From Eledone cirrhosa (taxonomy: Eukaryota), in contig OZ024746.1 of NCBI GenBank assembly GCA_964016885.1, positions 94,612,001 to 94,676,000 of the forward strand: a stretch of 64,000 nt of DNA, read 5' to 3'. Under the pieces are notes generated by a model. That model did not search any database. It was given only the letters and a program-made list of their open reading frames with translations, and was not told the origin of the DNA. Positions 38,773-53,189 of the stretch are shown here, one piece after another; the stretch's first letter is position 1; each line of letters begins with the position of its first letter. The translations under genes were made by a program, and so were the position numbers.

Positions 38773-41700
38773 TGACATGCACACCTATGACATGCACATC
38801 TATGACATGCACACCCAAGACATGCACACCTATGACATGCACACCCATGACATGCACACCTATGACATGCACACCTGTGACATGCACACCTATGACATGC
38901 ATATCTGTGACATGCACACCTATGACATGTACACCTGTGACATGTACACCTATGACATGCATATCTGTGACATGCACACCTATGACATGCACACCTATGA
39001 CATGCACACCTATGACATGTACACCTGTGACATGTACACCTATGACATGCATATCTGTGACATGCACACCTATGACATGCACACCTATGACATGTACACC
39101 TATGACATGCACACCTATGACATGCACACCTATGACATGCACACCTATGACATGCACACCCATGACATGCACACCTGTGACATGCACACCTGTGACATGT
39201 ACACCTATGACATGCACACCCATGACATGCACACCTATGACATGCACACCTATGACATGTACACCTGTGACATGCACACCTGTGACATGCACACCTGTGA
39301 CATGTACACCTATGACATGCACACCTGTGACATGTACACCTTTGACATGCACACCTGTGACATGTACACCTGTGACATGCACACCTATCACATGCACACC
39401 CATGACATGCACACCTGTGACATGCACACCTAAGACATGCACATCTGTGACATGCACACCTAAGACATGCACACCCATGACATGTACACCTATGACATGC
39501 ACACCTATGACATGCATATCTGTGACATGCACACCTGTGACATGCACACCTATGACATGCACACCTGTTACATGCACACCTATGACATGCACATCTGTGA
39601 CATGCACACCTAAGACATGCACACCCATGACATGCACACCTATGACATGTACACCTGTGACATGCACGCCCATGACATGCACACCTGTGACATGCACACC
39701 TATGACATGCACACCTGTGAAATGCACACCTATGACATGCACACCTATGATATGCACACCCATGACATGCACACCTAAGACATGCACACCTATGACATGC
39801 ACACCCATGACATGCACACCTGTGACATGCACACCTATGACATGCACACCTATGATATGCACACCCATGACATGCACACCTAAGACATGCACACCTATGA
39901 CATGCACACCCATGACATGCACACCTGTGAAATGCACACCTATGACATGCACACCTATGACATGCACACCCATGACATGCACACCTAAGACATGCACACC
40001 TATGATATGCACACCCATGACATGCACACCTAAGACATGCACACCTATGACATGTACACCTTTGACATGCACACCTTTGACATGCACACCTGTGAATGCA
40101 CACCTGTGACATGCACACCTGTGACATGCACACCTGTGACATGCACACCTGTGACATGTACACCTATGACATGCACACCTATGACATGCACACCCATGAC
40201 ATGCACACCTGTGACATGCACACCTGTGACATGCACACCCATGACATGTACACCTGTGACATGCACACCCATGACATGTACACCTGTGACATGCACACCT
40301 GTGACATGCACACCTATGACATGCACACCTGTGACATGCACACCTATGACATGTACACCTATGACATGCACACCTAAGACATACACACCTATGACATGCA
40401 CACCTATGACATGCACACCTATGACATGCACACCTGTGACATGCACACCTAAGACATACACACCTATGACATGCACACCTTTGACATGCACACCTATGAC
40501 ATGCACACCTTTGACATGCACACCTATGACATGTACACCTATGACATGCACACCTAAGACATACACACCTATGACATGCACACCTATGACATGCATACCT
40601 ATGACATGCACACCTAAGACATACACACCTATGACATGCACACCTAAGACATACACACCTGTGACATGCACACCTGTGAGATGCACACCCATGACATGCA
40701 CACCTAAGACATGCACACCTATGACATGCACACCTGTGACATGCACACCTATGACATGCACACCTATGACATGCACACCTATGACATGCACACCTGTGAC
40801 ATGCACACCTGTGACATGCACACCTGTGACATGCACACCTGTGACATGCACACCTGTGACATGCACACCCTTGACATGCACACCTGTGACATGCACACCT
40901 GTGACATGTACACCTATGACATGCACACCCATGACATGCACACCTATGACATGCACACCTATGACATGTACACCTGTGACATGCACACCTGTGACATGCA
41001 CACCTGTGACATGTACACCTATGACATGCACACCTGTGACATGTACACCTTTGACATGCACACCTGTGACATGTACACCTGTGACATGCACACCTATCAC
41101 ATGCACACCCATGACATGCACACCTGTGACATGCACACCTAAGACATGCACATCTGTGACATGCACACCTAAGACATGCACACCCATGACATGTACACCT
41201 ATGACATGCACACCTATGACATGCATATCTGTGACATGCACACCTGTGACATGCACACCTATGACATGCACACCTGTTACATGCACACCTATGACATGCA
41301 CATCTGTGACATGCACACCTAAGACATGCACACCCATGACATGCACACCTATGACATGTACACCTGTGACATGCACGCCCATGACATGCACACCTGTGAC
41401 ATGCACACCTATGACATGCACACCTGTGAAATGCACACCTATGACATGCACACCTATGATATGCACACCCATGACATGCACACCTAAGACATGCACACCT
41501 ATGACATGCACACCCATGACATGCACACCTGTGACATGCACACCTATGACATGCACACCTATGATATGCACACCCATGACATGCACACCTAAGACATGCA
41601 CACCTATGACATGCACACCCATGACATGCACACCTGTGAAATGCACACCTATGACATGCACACCTATGACATGCACACCCATGACATGCACACCTAAGAC

Positions 41701-42803
41701 ATGCACACCTATGATATGCACACCCATGACATGCACACCTAAGACATGCACACCTATGACATGTACACCTTTGACATGCACACCTTTGACATGCACACCT
41801 GTGAATGCACACCTGTGACATGCACACCTGTGACATGCACACCTGTGACATGCACACCTGTGACATGTACACCTATGACATGCACACCTATGACATGCAC
41901 ACCCATGACATGCACACCTGTGACATGCACACCTGTGACATGCACACCCATGACATGTACACCTGTGACATGCACACCCATGACATGTACACCTGTGACA
42001 TGCACACCTGTGACATGCACACCTATGACATGCACACCTGTGACATGCACACCTATGACATGTACACCTATGACATGCACACCTAAGACATACACACCTA
42101 TGACATGCACACCTATGACATGCACACCTATGACATGCACACCTGTGACATGCACACCTAAGACATACACACCTATGACATGCACACCTTTGACATGCAC
42201 ACCTATGACATGCACACCTTTGACATGCACACCTATGACATGTACACCTATGACATGCACACCTAAGACATACACACCTATGACATGCACACCTATGACA
42301 TGCATACCTATGACATGCACACCTAAGACATACACACCTATGACATGCACACCTAAGACATACACACCTGTGACATGCACACCTGTGAGATGCACACCCA
42401 TGACATGCACACCTAAGACATGCACACCTATGACATGCACACCTGTGACATGCACACCTATGACATGCACACCTATGACATGCACACCTATGACATGCAC
42501 ACCTGTGACATGCACACCTGTGACATGCACACCTGTGACATGCACACCTGTGACATGCACACCTGTGACATGCACACCCTTGACATGCACACCTGTGACA
42601 TGCACACCTGTGACATGCACACCTGTGACATGCACACCTGTGACATGCACACCCATGACATGCACACCTAAGACATGCACACCCATGACATGCACACCTA
42701 AGACATACACACCTATGACATGCACACCTATGACATGCACACCTAAGACATGCACACCCATGACATGCACACCCATGACATGTACACCCATGACATGTAC
42801 ACC
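38773..42803. repeat. 15-bp satellite, ~270 copies, with 1709-bp higher-order duplication
   Basis: TGACATGCACACCT(A/G); the variant pattern and a 14-bp unit recur at offset 1709 (~40095, ~41804). Confidence 0.97.
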
Positions 42804-42872
42804 CATCATTCACACAGGTAACTGTGTGAATGATGCACCTGGACTCGTCCTCGGTCTCCACCACCGCACGTC

Positions 42873-43190
42873 AGATTGGGTGGCACTCCGTCGGTTACGA
42901 CGATGAGTGTTCCAGTTGATCCGATCCACGGAACAGCCTGCTCATGAAATTAACGTGCAACTGGCTGAGTATTCCACAGACACGGGTACCCTTTATGTAG
43001 TCCTCGGGGAGATTCAGTGTGACACAGTGTGTGACAAGGCTGATCCTCCGAGTTACAGGTACAACTCATTTTTGCCAGCTGAGTGGACTGGAGCAACGTG
43101 AAATAAAGTGTCTTGTTCAAGGACACAACGCGGCGCCGGGAGTCGAACTCACGACTATTCGATTGTGAGCTGAATACCCTAACCACGCGC
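42873..43190 (-). mobile_element. CORE-type SINE family B
   Basis: Minus strand: B box GAGTTCGACTCCC and core CTTGAACAAGACACTTTATTTCACGTTGCTCCAGTCCACTCAGCTG. Confidence 0.85.
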
Positions 43191-44054
43191 CTTTCACATC
43201 ACGCCAGATTACTTGCCTGCTCTCCGTACCCATCATTATTGTTTCCCTTTTTCTCTAGCCAAGCTCATAGATTTCATCCATCTAGCTCAGGTTCAATCCC
43301 TGGCTCCGCTGCCAGTTGGTTTTGCCCCTAAAATCTGTCCAGCGATTTATTCCCGAAACATTCTAACCACACTATTTGGGTGGTCACGCTTGGAGATCCA
43401 GCTGGATCAGATGGGGACGGTTACTTCTAACATGACCCGATCGAAGGAGTGTTTGAGGACTCTGCGCCCTCGCACCTCTCAGGAATAAGTAGGCGAAGAA
43501 GAAGTTTTTATTTTTTCTTCATTCCATCTTCCAGCATCTATTTTTCCAACCTCGACATTCTTCTTCCCCCAAATTACTGGCCCTGTGCCTAAAGTAATGG
43601 AGGAAGCATACTTAAAACAAAAAATCCAGGTTCAGTCCAAGATACCAATGATAAACAGATATTTTATCTAACTAGTGTTAAACAGTGGGGCAGGTTGGGG
43701 TATGGAGTGGTCATAAATTCCAAAACTTACAATTATTGGAAAAGCAATGGAAACATTTGTTTGATTTTTGGTATGATCTGACAATTGGTTCTTATCCTAT
43801 TTAGTTTTTCTGTTGCAAGTATTGGGATCAAGTCTATGAAATATGGGATCCATCTTGGTAGTTCTGTAAAACAAAAAATGTATTGTGTTGACCTTGTTTT
43901 CCTCAATAAGAGGGAGAAATAGATATGTCAACCAGAAAAGTTATTTCTAGTCCCACCGGAAACATGCTCCTTGATTCTGTGTCGTATGAATCATTTAACT
44001 TTTAATCTATATTCAATTTTAAAACGCGCACACATACACACACACTCTTTCTCC

Positions 44055-44141
<87 letters not shown>

Positions 44142-44532
44142 TTTGTATAATATCTCATGAATCAAGACTAGCCTTATCTCGTTTCCTGTAATTATCGTAG
44201 TTTTCATGTAGGCAGCAACGATTCTCAGTTTTGATGTTGTTTCCCCACCTAGAGAGTATAAAAAACTGTATTGTCATATCTTGGGAAAAAAAGTAATGGA
44301 GGAAGCATACTTAAAACAAAAAATCCAGGTTCAGTCCAAGATGTCAATGATAAACAGATATTTTATCTAACTAGTGTTAAACAGTGGGGCAGGTTGGGGT
44401 ACGGAGTGGTCATAAATCCCAAAACTTAGCTAATATGTTATTAAATTAGTAATGCTAGAATGCCTCAAGATTGGCATGTATTGTACGGACACACACACAC
44501 ATATATAATATATATACACATATCTATAACTA

Positions 44533-44606
<74 letters not shown>

Positions 44607-44619
44607 GTATCTATAACTA

Positions 44620-44667
<48 letters not shown>

Positions 44668-44732
44668 CTGTATATGTAACTGTATATATAACTGTATATA
44701 TATATATATATATATAATTATAGATTAATATA

Positions 44733-44811
44733 TTGGGTCGTCAAGTATGAAGTTTGTAAATATTTGTTTTATTTTTACAAATTTCTACAAATTTCATACT
44801 TAACGATCCAA
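44733..44811. mobile_element. 79-bp fold-back MITE (mariner-like ends)
   Basis: TA-TTGGGTCGTCAAGTATGAAGTTTGTA ... TACAAATTTCATACTTAACGATCCAA-TA. Confidence 0.6.
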
Positions 44812-44972
44812 TATATATATGTATGTGTGTGTGTGTATGTGCGTTTGCGTGTGTGTATATCTATATATATATATGCGTGTGTGTGTATACATACACACAC
44901 ACATACATACAGACAGATATAGATATATTTTTATACATATGTATATATGCATTTATATACACACACATGTAC

Positions 44973-45006
<34 letters not shown>

Positions 45007-45554
45007 CCCATGTTTTTTAGGATATAGGACGCGCTGTTTTCCCAATATTTGACACTCAAAATCACTGTGCGTCTTATAAGCTGAAGGCCAGGTTTGGGGT
45101 TATTACTCTGTACAAATTTTATAATTAAAACGTAGGAAATATTTAGATTTTTATTAAAACGACTGGTCAAGAAAAAAGACACTAAATTGTCCCTCCCCAC
45201 GGAAATGTCTAGTAAAAGGAGAAAGATTTGACCGCTCAGGTTAAGGAGACATTTATTAGATCTACATAGCAAAATTGTAAAATTACAAAATTAAATTGTT
45301 TAAAATACCGACTACAAATGATGTCATTCTTTTCCTCTTTTCATATATATATATGACGCGTGTAGACGCGTTCTTGAGACTAGTAAAATGAGGTATCCTC
45401 TTGATAAGTCGGCAGACCTCGCAGGGACTCTATATCTTTATGATGTATTGTTTTTGTTTATGCCACGAAACTACGTAGTCGAAGAATCTAGGAGTAGTTT
45501 AGGTATGATACATTTTATTACTAATTATATCTAAATGTTTCTTCTCTCTTCATA

Positions 45555-45638
<84 letters not shown>

Positions 45639-45653
45639 ATTTATATATATATA

Positions 45654-45708
<55 letters not shown>

Positions 45709-45747
45709 GATATTAACAAATTGAAACTATATTTATAAAACCATATT

Positions 45748-45812
45748 TATTTCATTATACATATTTCAAGGACACCAAGTTAAATTATGGTGTGCTTTCA
45801 TCAGACAAAATA
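45748..45812 (-). ncRNA. Hammerhead ribozyme fold
   Basis: Minus: TATTTTGT-CTGATGA-A-AGCACACCA-loop-TGGTGTCCT-T-GAAA-TATGTA-T-A-ATGAAATA. Confidence 0.6.
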
Positions 45813-45917
45813 TAATATAGATCAGTTTTATAAATAAATATTGACATACCCTTAAAAAATGCAACCATTACTGTCGGAAGCTTCCGGATAGTATATATAT
45901 ATATTTATATATATATA

Positions 45918-46510
45918 TATAAGTATGTATACGTACATACATATATGTATACAGACGTATAGTAGTATGTATATATATATATATACATACATGCACACAT
46001 ATATATATATATGTACGTATGGATTCACCGAACATTTATTATAATGCTCGGTGTGTTTGTAAACAAACATCCCGAATTAAGCCGTTCAGTGTCTAGCTAC
46101 CATCGTTGCTCATTTGTTCAACACTGACAAAGGAACGCTGTACTAGTTTTAAGCTTATTAGCTATCGTCAGCAACGTATACCTTCCTGCCAGATGATTGA
46201 ACGTCTGAAAGTATATACTTTCCTTATGCATATTAACGGCTGAGTAACCTAATTTGCATATCGAGTGAGTTAATCGGCCGGGGTACCGAAAACGATAAAC
46301 GGAAAAAATGAAACGAAATTTCATTTCTCACTCTTAGTACGGCTGTTACTTAAATATAAGTATGTATACGTACATACATAAATGTATACAGACGTACAGT
46401 AGTATGTATATATATACATACATGCACACATATATATATGTACGTATGGATTCACCGAACATTTATTATAATGCTTGGTGTGTTTGTAAACAAACATCCC
46501 GAATTAAGCC
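45918..46510 (-). mobile_element. Retrozyme/PLE-like element, partial tandem (437-bp period)
   Basis: 45921-46083 repeats at 46358-46510; hammerhead at 46135-46177 on the minus strand with GAAA changed to AAAA. Confidence 0.75.
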
Positions 46511-47130
46511 ATACGTACACTGCCCGGGCGTTACCAACCTGTGGGGCTATGTAGAACGACTATTATCGCCGGTGGGACCAATCCAGTTGACCACCGAGTC
46601 CATTGTCATGATCAAACCGCCACCCTCCTTCAAAAACGAGGGAGAGGCGGTTTTCCTATGTGTTATGGCTATGGTGAAAGAGGTTATATGGTGGACGAGG
46701 CTAAAAGGGCTGAGGTCAGACACCTTTCTCTCCGGCGAGCAACTGATTCGTTTTTTCAAATATCATTTTGGAAGAAGAATCAGGATGGAGAGAGAGGTTC
46801 TGTACTCCAGCAAATTTGATAAAAGGTGGGTGAATGTGGCAAAGATGGCCCGAGTGGTTGGGCCTTCTCTCTATATAAGCCTGTAGGTTGAGGAAAAAGA
46901 GGAAGAGAGGAAGGGAGTACTCACTCTTGGTGCTCCTGGAGATGAGGGTTGTACATTTTTTCGGGGTGTGTACAACCCCTTTGTAACACCTCCCCTCTAT
47001 TGGGGATTTCAATTGTTATTTGTTATTGTATTAATAGTTTTATTTTCATATACCTGTATGTAAACTCCCCATTTGTATTTGTCCCCTTCTTTTGTGCCCT
47101 TGTGGCTAATAAAGAAATTTATCTATCTAA

Positions 47131-47168
<38 letters not shown>

Positions 47169-47175
47169 GTCTATC
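46511..47175 (+). mobile_element. L1/Tx1 3' fragment with (TATC)n tail
   Basis: VHCPGVTNLWGYVE..AMVKEVIWWTR..KRWVNVAKMARV, AATAAA, tail. Confidence 0.88.
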
Positions 47176-47925
47176 TACGACGCCCTCGGAGAAGCCCTAG
47201 ACATGGAGGAAGACGAACTGGCCAGCCTGTTCGGTAGGACATTCAGCCCGGGACCTATGGACAACTCCCAGAAGTCCCTGGCCTGGCAGTGCTACCGAGG
47301 GGCTCTACCCGTTCGAGAAAAGCTCTACAGACACGGGCGCCCAGATGCGTGTGCGACGAGGAAACCGTTGCACACGCATTGGTACACTACTCGGGCGTAG
47401 CCGATCTGTGGGGCTATGTCGAACGACTGCTGTCACAGGTGGGACCGATCCCGTTGACCACCACATTGTAACGATTAAGCCCCCCCCCCTTCAAAAATGA
47501 AGGAGAGGCGGTGTTTCTGTACGTAATAGCCATGGTGAAAGAGGTTGTATGGTGGATGCGTCTGAAAGGACTGAGGTCAGACACCTTTCTCTCTGGCCAA
47601 CAACTGATCCGTTTCTTCCGATATCATTTCGGAAGAAGGATCAGGATGGAGAGAGAGATGCTCAAACCCAGTCGTTTTTATGAAAGGTGAGTGAAAGTGG
47701 CGAGAATGGCCCGTGTGAATAGGCCTTCTCTCTACATCAGCCTGTAGGTGGAAAAGAGGAAGGAACGAGGGAGCGCCCTCTCTCTGTGCTCCTGAGGAGA
47801 AGGGGTTGCACACTTTTTTCGGGGGGGGGGGGGCGATCCCCCAAAAGGCCTCCTCCCTATTGAGGACTTTATTGTTAATTTTATATTTGTTATTTGTTTT
47901 CTTTACTCGCCTTTTTGTGTAAAAA
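47176..47925 (+). mobile_element. L1/Tx1 3' fragment (decayed)
   Basis: SLAWQCYRGALPVREKL..CVCDEETVAHALVH; starts in the tail of the previous copy. Confidence 0.85.
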
Positions 47926-47973
47926 TGATTAAAGTCCCAATGAACTTATACAAAACATTGAAAATAAATTTCA

Positions 47974-48990
47974 CGGAGGACATTCAGCCCGGGACCCATG
48001 GATAACTTCCAGAGGTCCCTGGCCTGGCAATGCTACAGAAGGGCTCTGCCCGTTCGAGAAAGGCTCTACAGACACGGGCGCCCGGGTAGGGACCCATCGA
48101 AAAAGATCTGTCCCAGATGCGTGTGCGACGAGGAAACCGTTGCACACGCATTGGTACACTGCTCGGGCATTGCCGATCTGTGGGGTTATGTCGAACAACT
48201 GCTGTCAAGGGTGGGACCAATCCGGTTGACCACCGAGTCTATTGTAACGATCAAGCCGCCTCCCCTCTTCAAAAACGAAGGAGAGGCGGTGTTTCTGTGC
48301 GTAATAGCCATGGCGAAAGAGGTTGTATGGTGGACGCGTCTGAAAGGACTGAGGTCAGACACCTTTCTCTCTGGCCAACAACTGGTCCGTTTCTTCCGAT
48401 ATCATTTCGGAAGAAGGATCAGGATGGAGAGAGAGGTGCTGCACCCCAGCCGTTTCTATGAAAGATGGGTGAAAGTGGCGAGAATGGCTCGTGTGAATGG
48501 GCCTTCACTCTACATCAGACTATAGGTGAGGAAGATGAAAGACCAAGGGAGCACCCCTTCTCTGTGCTCCTGAGGAGAAGGGTTGCACACTTTTTTCGGG
48601 GGTGTGTGCGACCCCCCCAAGGCGCCTCCTCTCTATTGAGGACTTTGTTATAAATTTTATTTTTTGTTATATTTTATTTTATTTTTATATATTGTTATTG
48701 CCTCCTCCTTATTGAGGACGCCTTGTTTTGTAAACTCCCCCCATTGTACTTGTCCCACTTTTGATGCTCTGGTGGCAAATAAAAGAAACATATCTATCTA
48801 CCATTCTATCTATCTACCATTCTATCTATCTATCTATCTATCTATCTACCATTCTATCTATCTACCATTCTATCTATCTACCATTCTATCTATCTACCAT
48901 TCTCTCTATCTACCATTCTCTCTATCTACCATTCTATCTATCTACCATTCTATCTATCTAGCATTCTATCTATCTACCATTCTATCTAAC
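47974..48990 (+). mobile_element. L1/Tx1 3' fragment with open zf-RVT (CCHC) region and tail
   Basis: ORF 47998-48525: LAWQCYRRALPVRERL..CPRCVCDEETVAHALVHC..LW; AATAAA; TATC/TACCATTC tail. Confidence 0.9.
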
Positions 48991-49433
48991 TGAAGAAGAT
49001 ACTAAATATCATAATTCCAATACTTTCATATCATTCAACATGGCTGCAATTGATCCTTGATGTGTTATTTATAATTAACCTGCCAATGTCTTTCTTACTT
49101 TCTCTCTTTCTTTCTCTCCTTCTTTCTCTCTTTCTTTCTCTCTTTCTTTCTCTCTTTCTTTCTCTCTTTCTTTCTCTCTTTCTTTCACTCTTTCTTTCTT
49201 TCTTTCCTTCTCACAAACGTCTCCTGTTCCGCTGATTAATCTCCACGATCCATAATTTAAATGCCCCCTACCTCTATGGTGCCTTCATTTAAATTTCACC
49301 CGCTCTCCCAAACACACACACACAAACCCACACGTTGTGTGTATATATATAATGTGTGTGTGTGTATACGTACATATATATGTATACATACAAACGAACA
49401 CACGCACGGATATACAAACACACATACACACGC

Positions 49434-49478
<45 letters not shown>

Positions 49479-49561
49479 TTATATATATGTTTATATATAT
49501 ATATATGTGTGTGTTTATATATATGTTTATATATATATATATATATGTGTGTGTTTATATA

Positions 49562-49624
<63 letters not shown>

Positions 49625-49681
49625 TTATATATATCTATATATATATATATATATGTTTATATATATATGATATATATATAT

Positions 49682-49775
<94 letters not shown>

Positions 49776-49832
49776 TTATATATATCTATATATATATATA
49801 TATATGTTTATATATATATGATATATATATAT

Positions 49833-49910
<78 letters not shown>

Positions 49911-49947
49911 TTATATATATGTATATATATATATTTTTATATATATA

Positions 49948-50015
<68 letters not shown>

Positions 50016-50592
50016 TCTAGTGCATATATATATATGCGATGCGTTGATGTATGTGTTTAAAAGAAGAAGAGAGAATGATGACTGAGAGATGGCTGAGAGA
50101 GAGGGGGGTGAGTGAGAGGGGGAGAGAAAATGGGGTTGATATGTGACGATATGTGGATGTACTGTAATCCCCTCTCAATTTGCTATCTTTCTTCATTCTA
50201 CTTGCCATTTCGAAATAATTAGATACTTATTCCCCCCGACAAGGTAATATGCAAAATTGGAAGCCTTTAATTATGTAGCAAGCATCAAACCGAGAGCGAG
50301 GCACTGAATATAAGATCTAAGAACGCCATCCTCCAGTGAAATCTATTGAGCACAGGAATTTACGAGAATCTATCAAAAACCTGTTCTGTAATGCTAAATT
50401 ACTAATTAGACCTGGGTGGTCCTAAGATCCTTTTTATATATTTATATAGTTGTTGATTTATATTTATTTATTCATATATTTATTTATATATGTATTTATT
50501 TATTTATTATATATCCGTGTGTTTTTGCTACCGTTGCCTTATGTTTGCTAAAATGGCAGATATTTTATTCATATCGTATCATACACACACAC

Positions 50593-50658
<66 letters not shown>

Positions 50659-50853
50659 ATATATATGTGTGTGTGTGTATGTATATGTGTGTGTATATAT
50701 ATATATATATATGTATGTATGTGTATATGTATATATATATATATGTATATATGTATGTGTATATGTCTATATATATATATGTATATATGTATGTGTATAT
50801 GTATATATATATATGTATATATGTATGTGTATATATTTATATATGTATGCATG

Positions 50854-50890
<37 letters not shown>

Positions 50891-50955
50891 GTATATATAT
50901 ATATATATTTATATATATGTATATATATAAATATATATATTTATATATATATTTA

Positions 50956-51009
<54 letters not shown>

Positions 51010-51054
51010 CATATATATGTATATATATATATATATATACATATATATGTATTT

Positions 51055-51101
51055 ATTCCTGATGATTTCTAATGAATGAAACAGTTCTCGTCCTGTAGAA
51101 T
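51055..51101 (+). ncRNA. Type I hammerhead ribozyme, all three stems, GUA site
   Basis: ATTC-CTGATGA-T-TTC-TAAT-GAA-T-GAAA-CAG-TTCTCGTC-CTG-T-A-GAAT. Confidence 0.8.
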
Positions 51102-51120
51102 CTCATCTATATTAAAACTA

Positions 51121-51201
<81 letters not shown>

Positions 51202-51224
51202 ATATATGTATATATATATATTTA

Positions 51225-51295
<71 letters not shown>

Positions 51296-51425
51296 GCATA
51301 CATACATAAATATATACACATACATATATACATATATATATATATACATATACACATACATATATACATATATATATATAGACATATACACATACATATA
51401 TACATATATATATATAGACATATAC

Positions 51426-51472
<47 letters not shown>

Positions 51473-51959
51473 CACATACATATATACATATATATATATA
51501 GACATATACAGGAGGAGAGTGAGAGAAAGATCTATTCATTTATTTATTCATTTAATCACCATCGTGTGTTTGTTGTTGTTATTGTATTGACATTTTGTTA
51601 CTATTTTTGTTGTGACTTTTGTTGTTTTTGTGATTGTTGTTTTTGTTAGTTTAACGAAAGAGATGCTATCTTGATTCACATCAGTTTGTTAATGTAAATC
51701 AATAGGAACACATGTTAATGAGAACATTAGAAGAAAGGATGCATCAATTTTATTCTCGTTTGATCTTGTCTTTTAACTGATTTTCTCTGGATATTGTTTG
51801 TTTTTTTAGTTAGACTAATTAATGAATTGTCAGTAATGAGAAAGTTTATAGCATTTATTTGAAGCCGCCTCTTCGCACCAGTCGCCGTTGAGACCTCAGA
51901 AGTACTCGTAACCCAGTATTACCGAACTCCCCCTTAAGACCCTCCTTAAGATTATGTAT

Positions 51960-52148
51960 GTCAGGTCACTCTTGAGTGCTACTGGTAGCATGTAGCCCAG
52001 TACAACCTGTCGTATGGTCGGGTCGTCGACGACTAAACCAGCAACCCCACCAAGCTTACTTGGTGAGAAGGATGATTTTGGAAACCCTGCAGGACAAAAA
52101 GCAAAACCTGACAAAGGGCGGAAGAACTCACAAGAGTCAACGGCCATC
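51960..52148 (+). mobile_element. Dispersed repeat, paralog of 21530-21718
   Basis: GGTCACTCTTGAGTGCTACTGG...AGTCAACGGCCATC, followed by poly(A). Confidence 0.7.
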
Positions 52149-52547
52149 TAAAAAAAAAAAAAAAAAAATCCTACCAAATCAATGGGTGGCAGTAGTTACA
52201 GCTGCACACATCGAAAGACTGGTGTAGTGGTTCTGAGAACAATACGGTTTTGCAGATGATCAATGCAAATTGACAATGGAAATGCGCTCGCGCTCGAGTT
52301 CGAAGAGAACTATTGACTTTCAGGAGAAGCAGCGACCCCTGATTGTATTCAGCAACCGAAGTACACCAAATCCAATTCTCCCAGGAGCGGCCTTGGTTCT
52401 TCTTATTTGCGAGTGTAAACTCGGCCAGATTTGATTAGATTAGATCCTTAAGATCGGAACGTCGGAAGCCCATCTGAGGAAGGAGCCCCGATAGTTGGGG
52501 TTGCTGTTGCAGCGGGTGTTGCTGGCTATTGTCCGCAGAAATGTTTT

Positions 52548-53122
52548 TGCGGTCATACGGTGATCATAGTAAGGTCATATTACGGTCATACTTCCGTCAT
52601 AGCATTGTCATATTGCGAACGTACGGCAATCATACTACGGTAATACTACTGTCATACTGTGATCATACTACGGTAATACTACTGTCAAACTGTGATCATA
52701 CTACGGTAATACTACTGTCATACTGTGATCATACTACGGTAACACTACTGTCATACTGTGATCATACTACGGTAACACTACTGTCAAACTGTGATCATAC
52801 TACGGTAATACTACTGTCAAACTGTGATCATACTACGGTAATACTACTGTCAAACTGTGATCATACTACGGTAATACTACTGTCATACTGTGATCATACT
52901 ACGGTAACACTACTGTCATACTGTGATCATACTACGGTAATACTACTGTCAAACTGTGATCATACTACGGTAACACTACTGTCAAACTGTGATCATACTA
53001 CGGTAACACTACTGTCAAACTGTGATCATACTACGGTAATACTACTGTCATACTGTGATCATACTACGGTAACACTACTGTCATACTGTGATCATACTAC
53101 AGTCATACAACAGTCATACTAC
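52548..53122. repeat. 33-bp (3 x 11) tandem repeat, ~15 copies
   Basis: GATCATACTAC-GGTAATACTAC-TGTCA(T/A)ACTGT, with degenerate 11-mers at both edges. Confidence 0.95.
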
Positions 53123-53189
53123 TGCGATTGGACGGACGCCTCCGTCATTTTCCCCGGAGTGGTCAGACTGGCTGACTGATTGATAGGAG

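Noticed and set aside
38613-42906. Very long Cys/His- or Val/Gly-rich ORFs (up to 1047 aa) resembling metal-binding or structural proteins
   Set aside because: They are translations of a 15-bp satellite open in several frames on both strands; 1-bp deletions switch frames freely and there is no unique domain
48989-49025. CTGAAGA plus short stem as a hammerhead (also 62640 minus)
   Set aside because: No GAAA after the stem
49261-51649. Many YI/HT/VC dipeptide ORFs here and across the window
   Set aside because: Artefacts of (TA)n, (CA)n and (TATG)n microsatellites
52529-53179. 216-aa ORF with DHTTVILLSYC repeats
   Set aside because: Open only because the 33-bp unit lacks a stop in that frame; TTG start; no supporting gene structure
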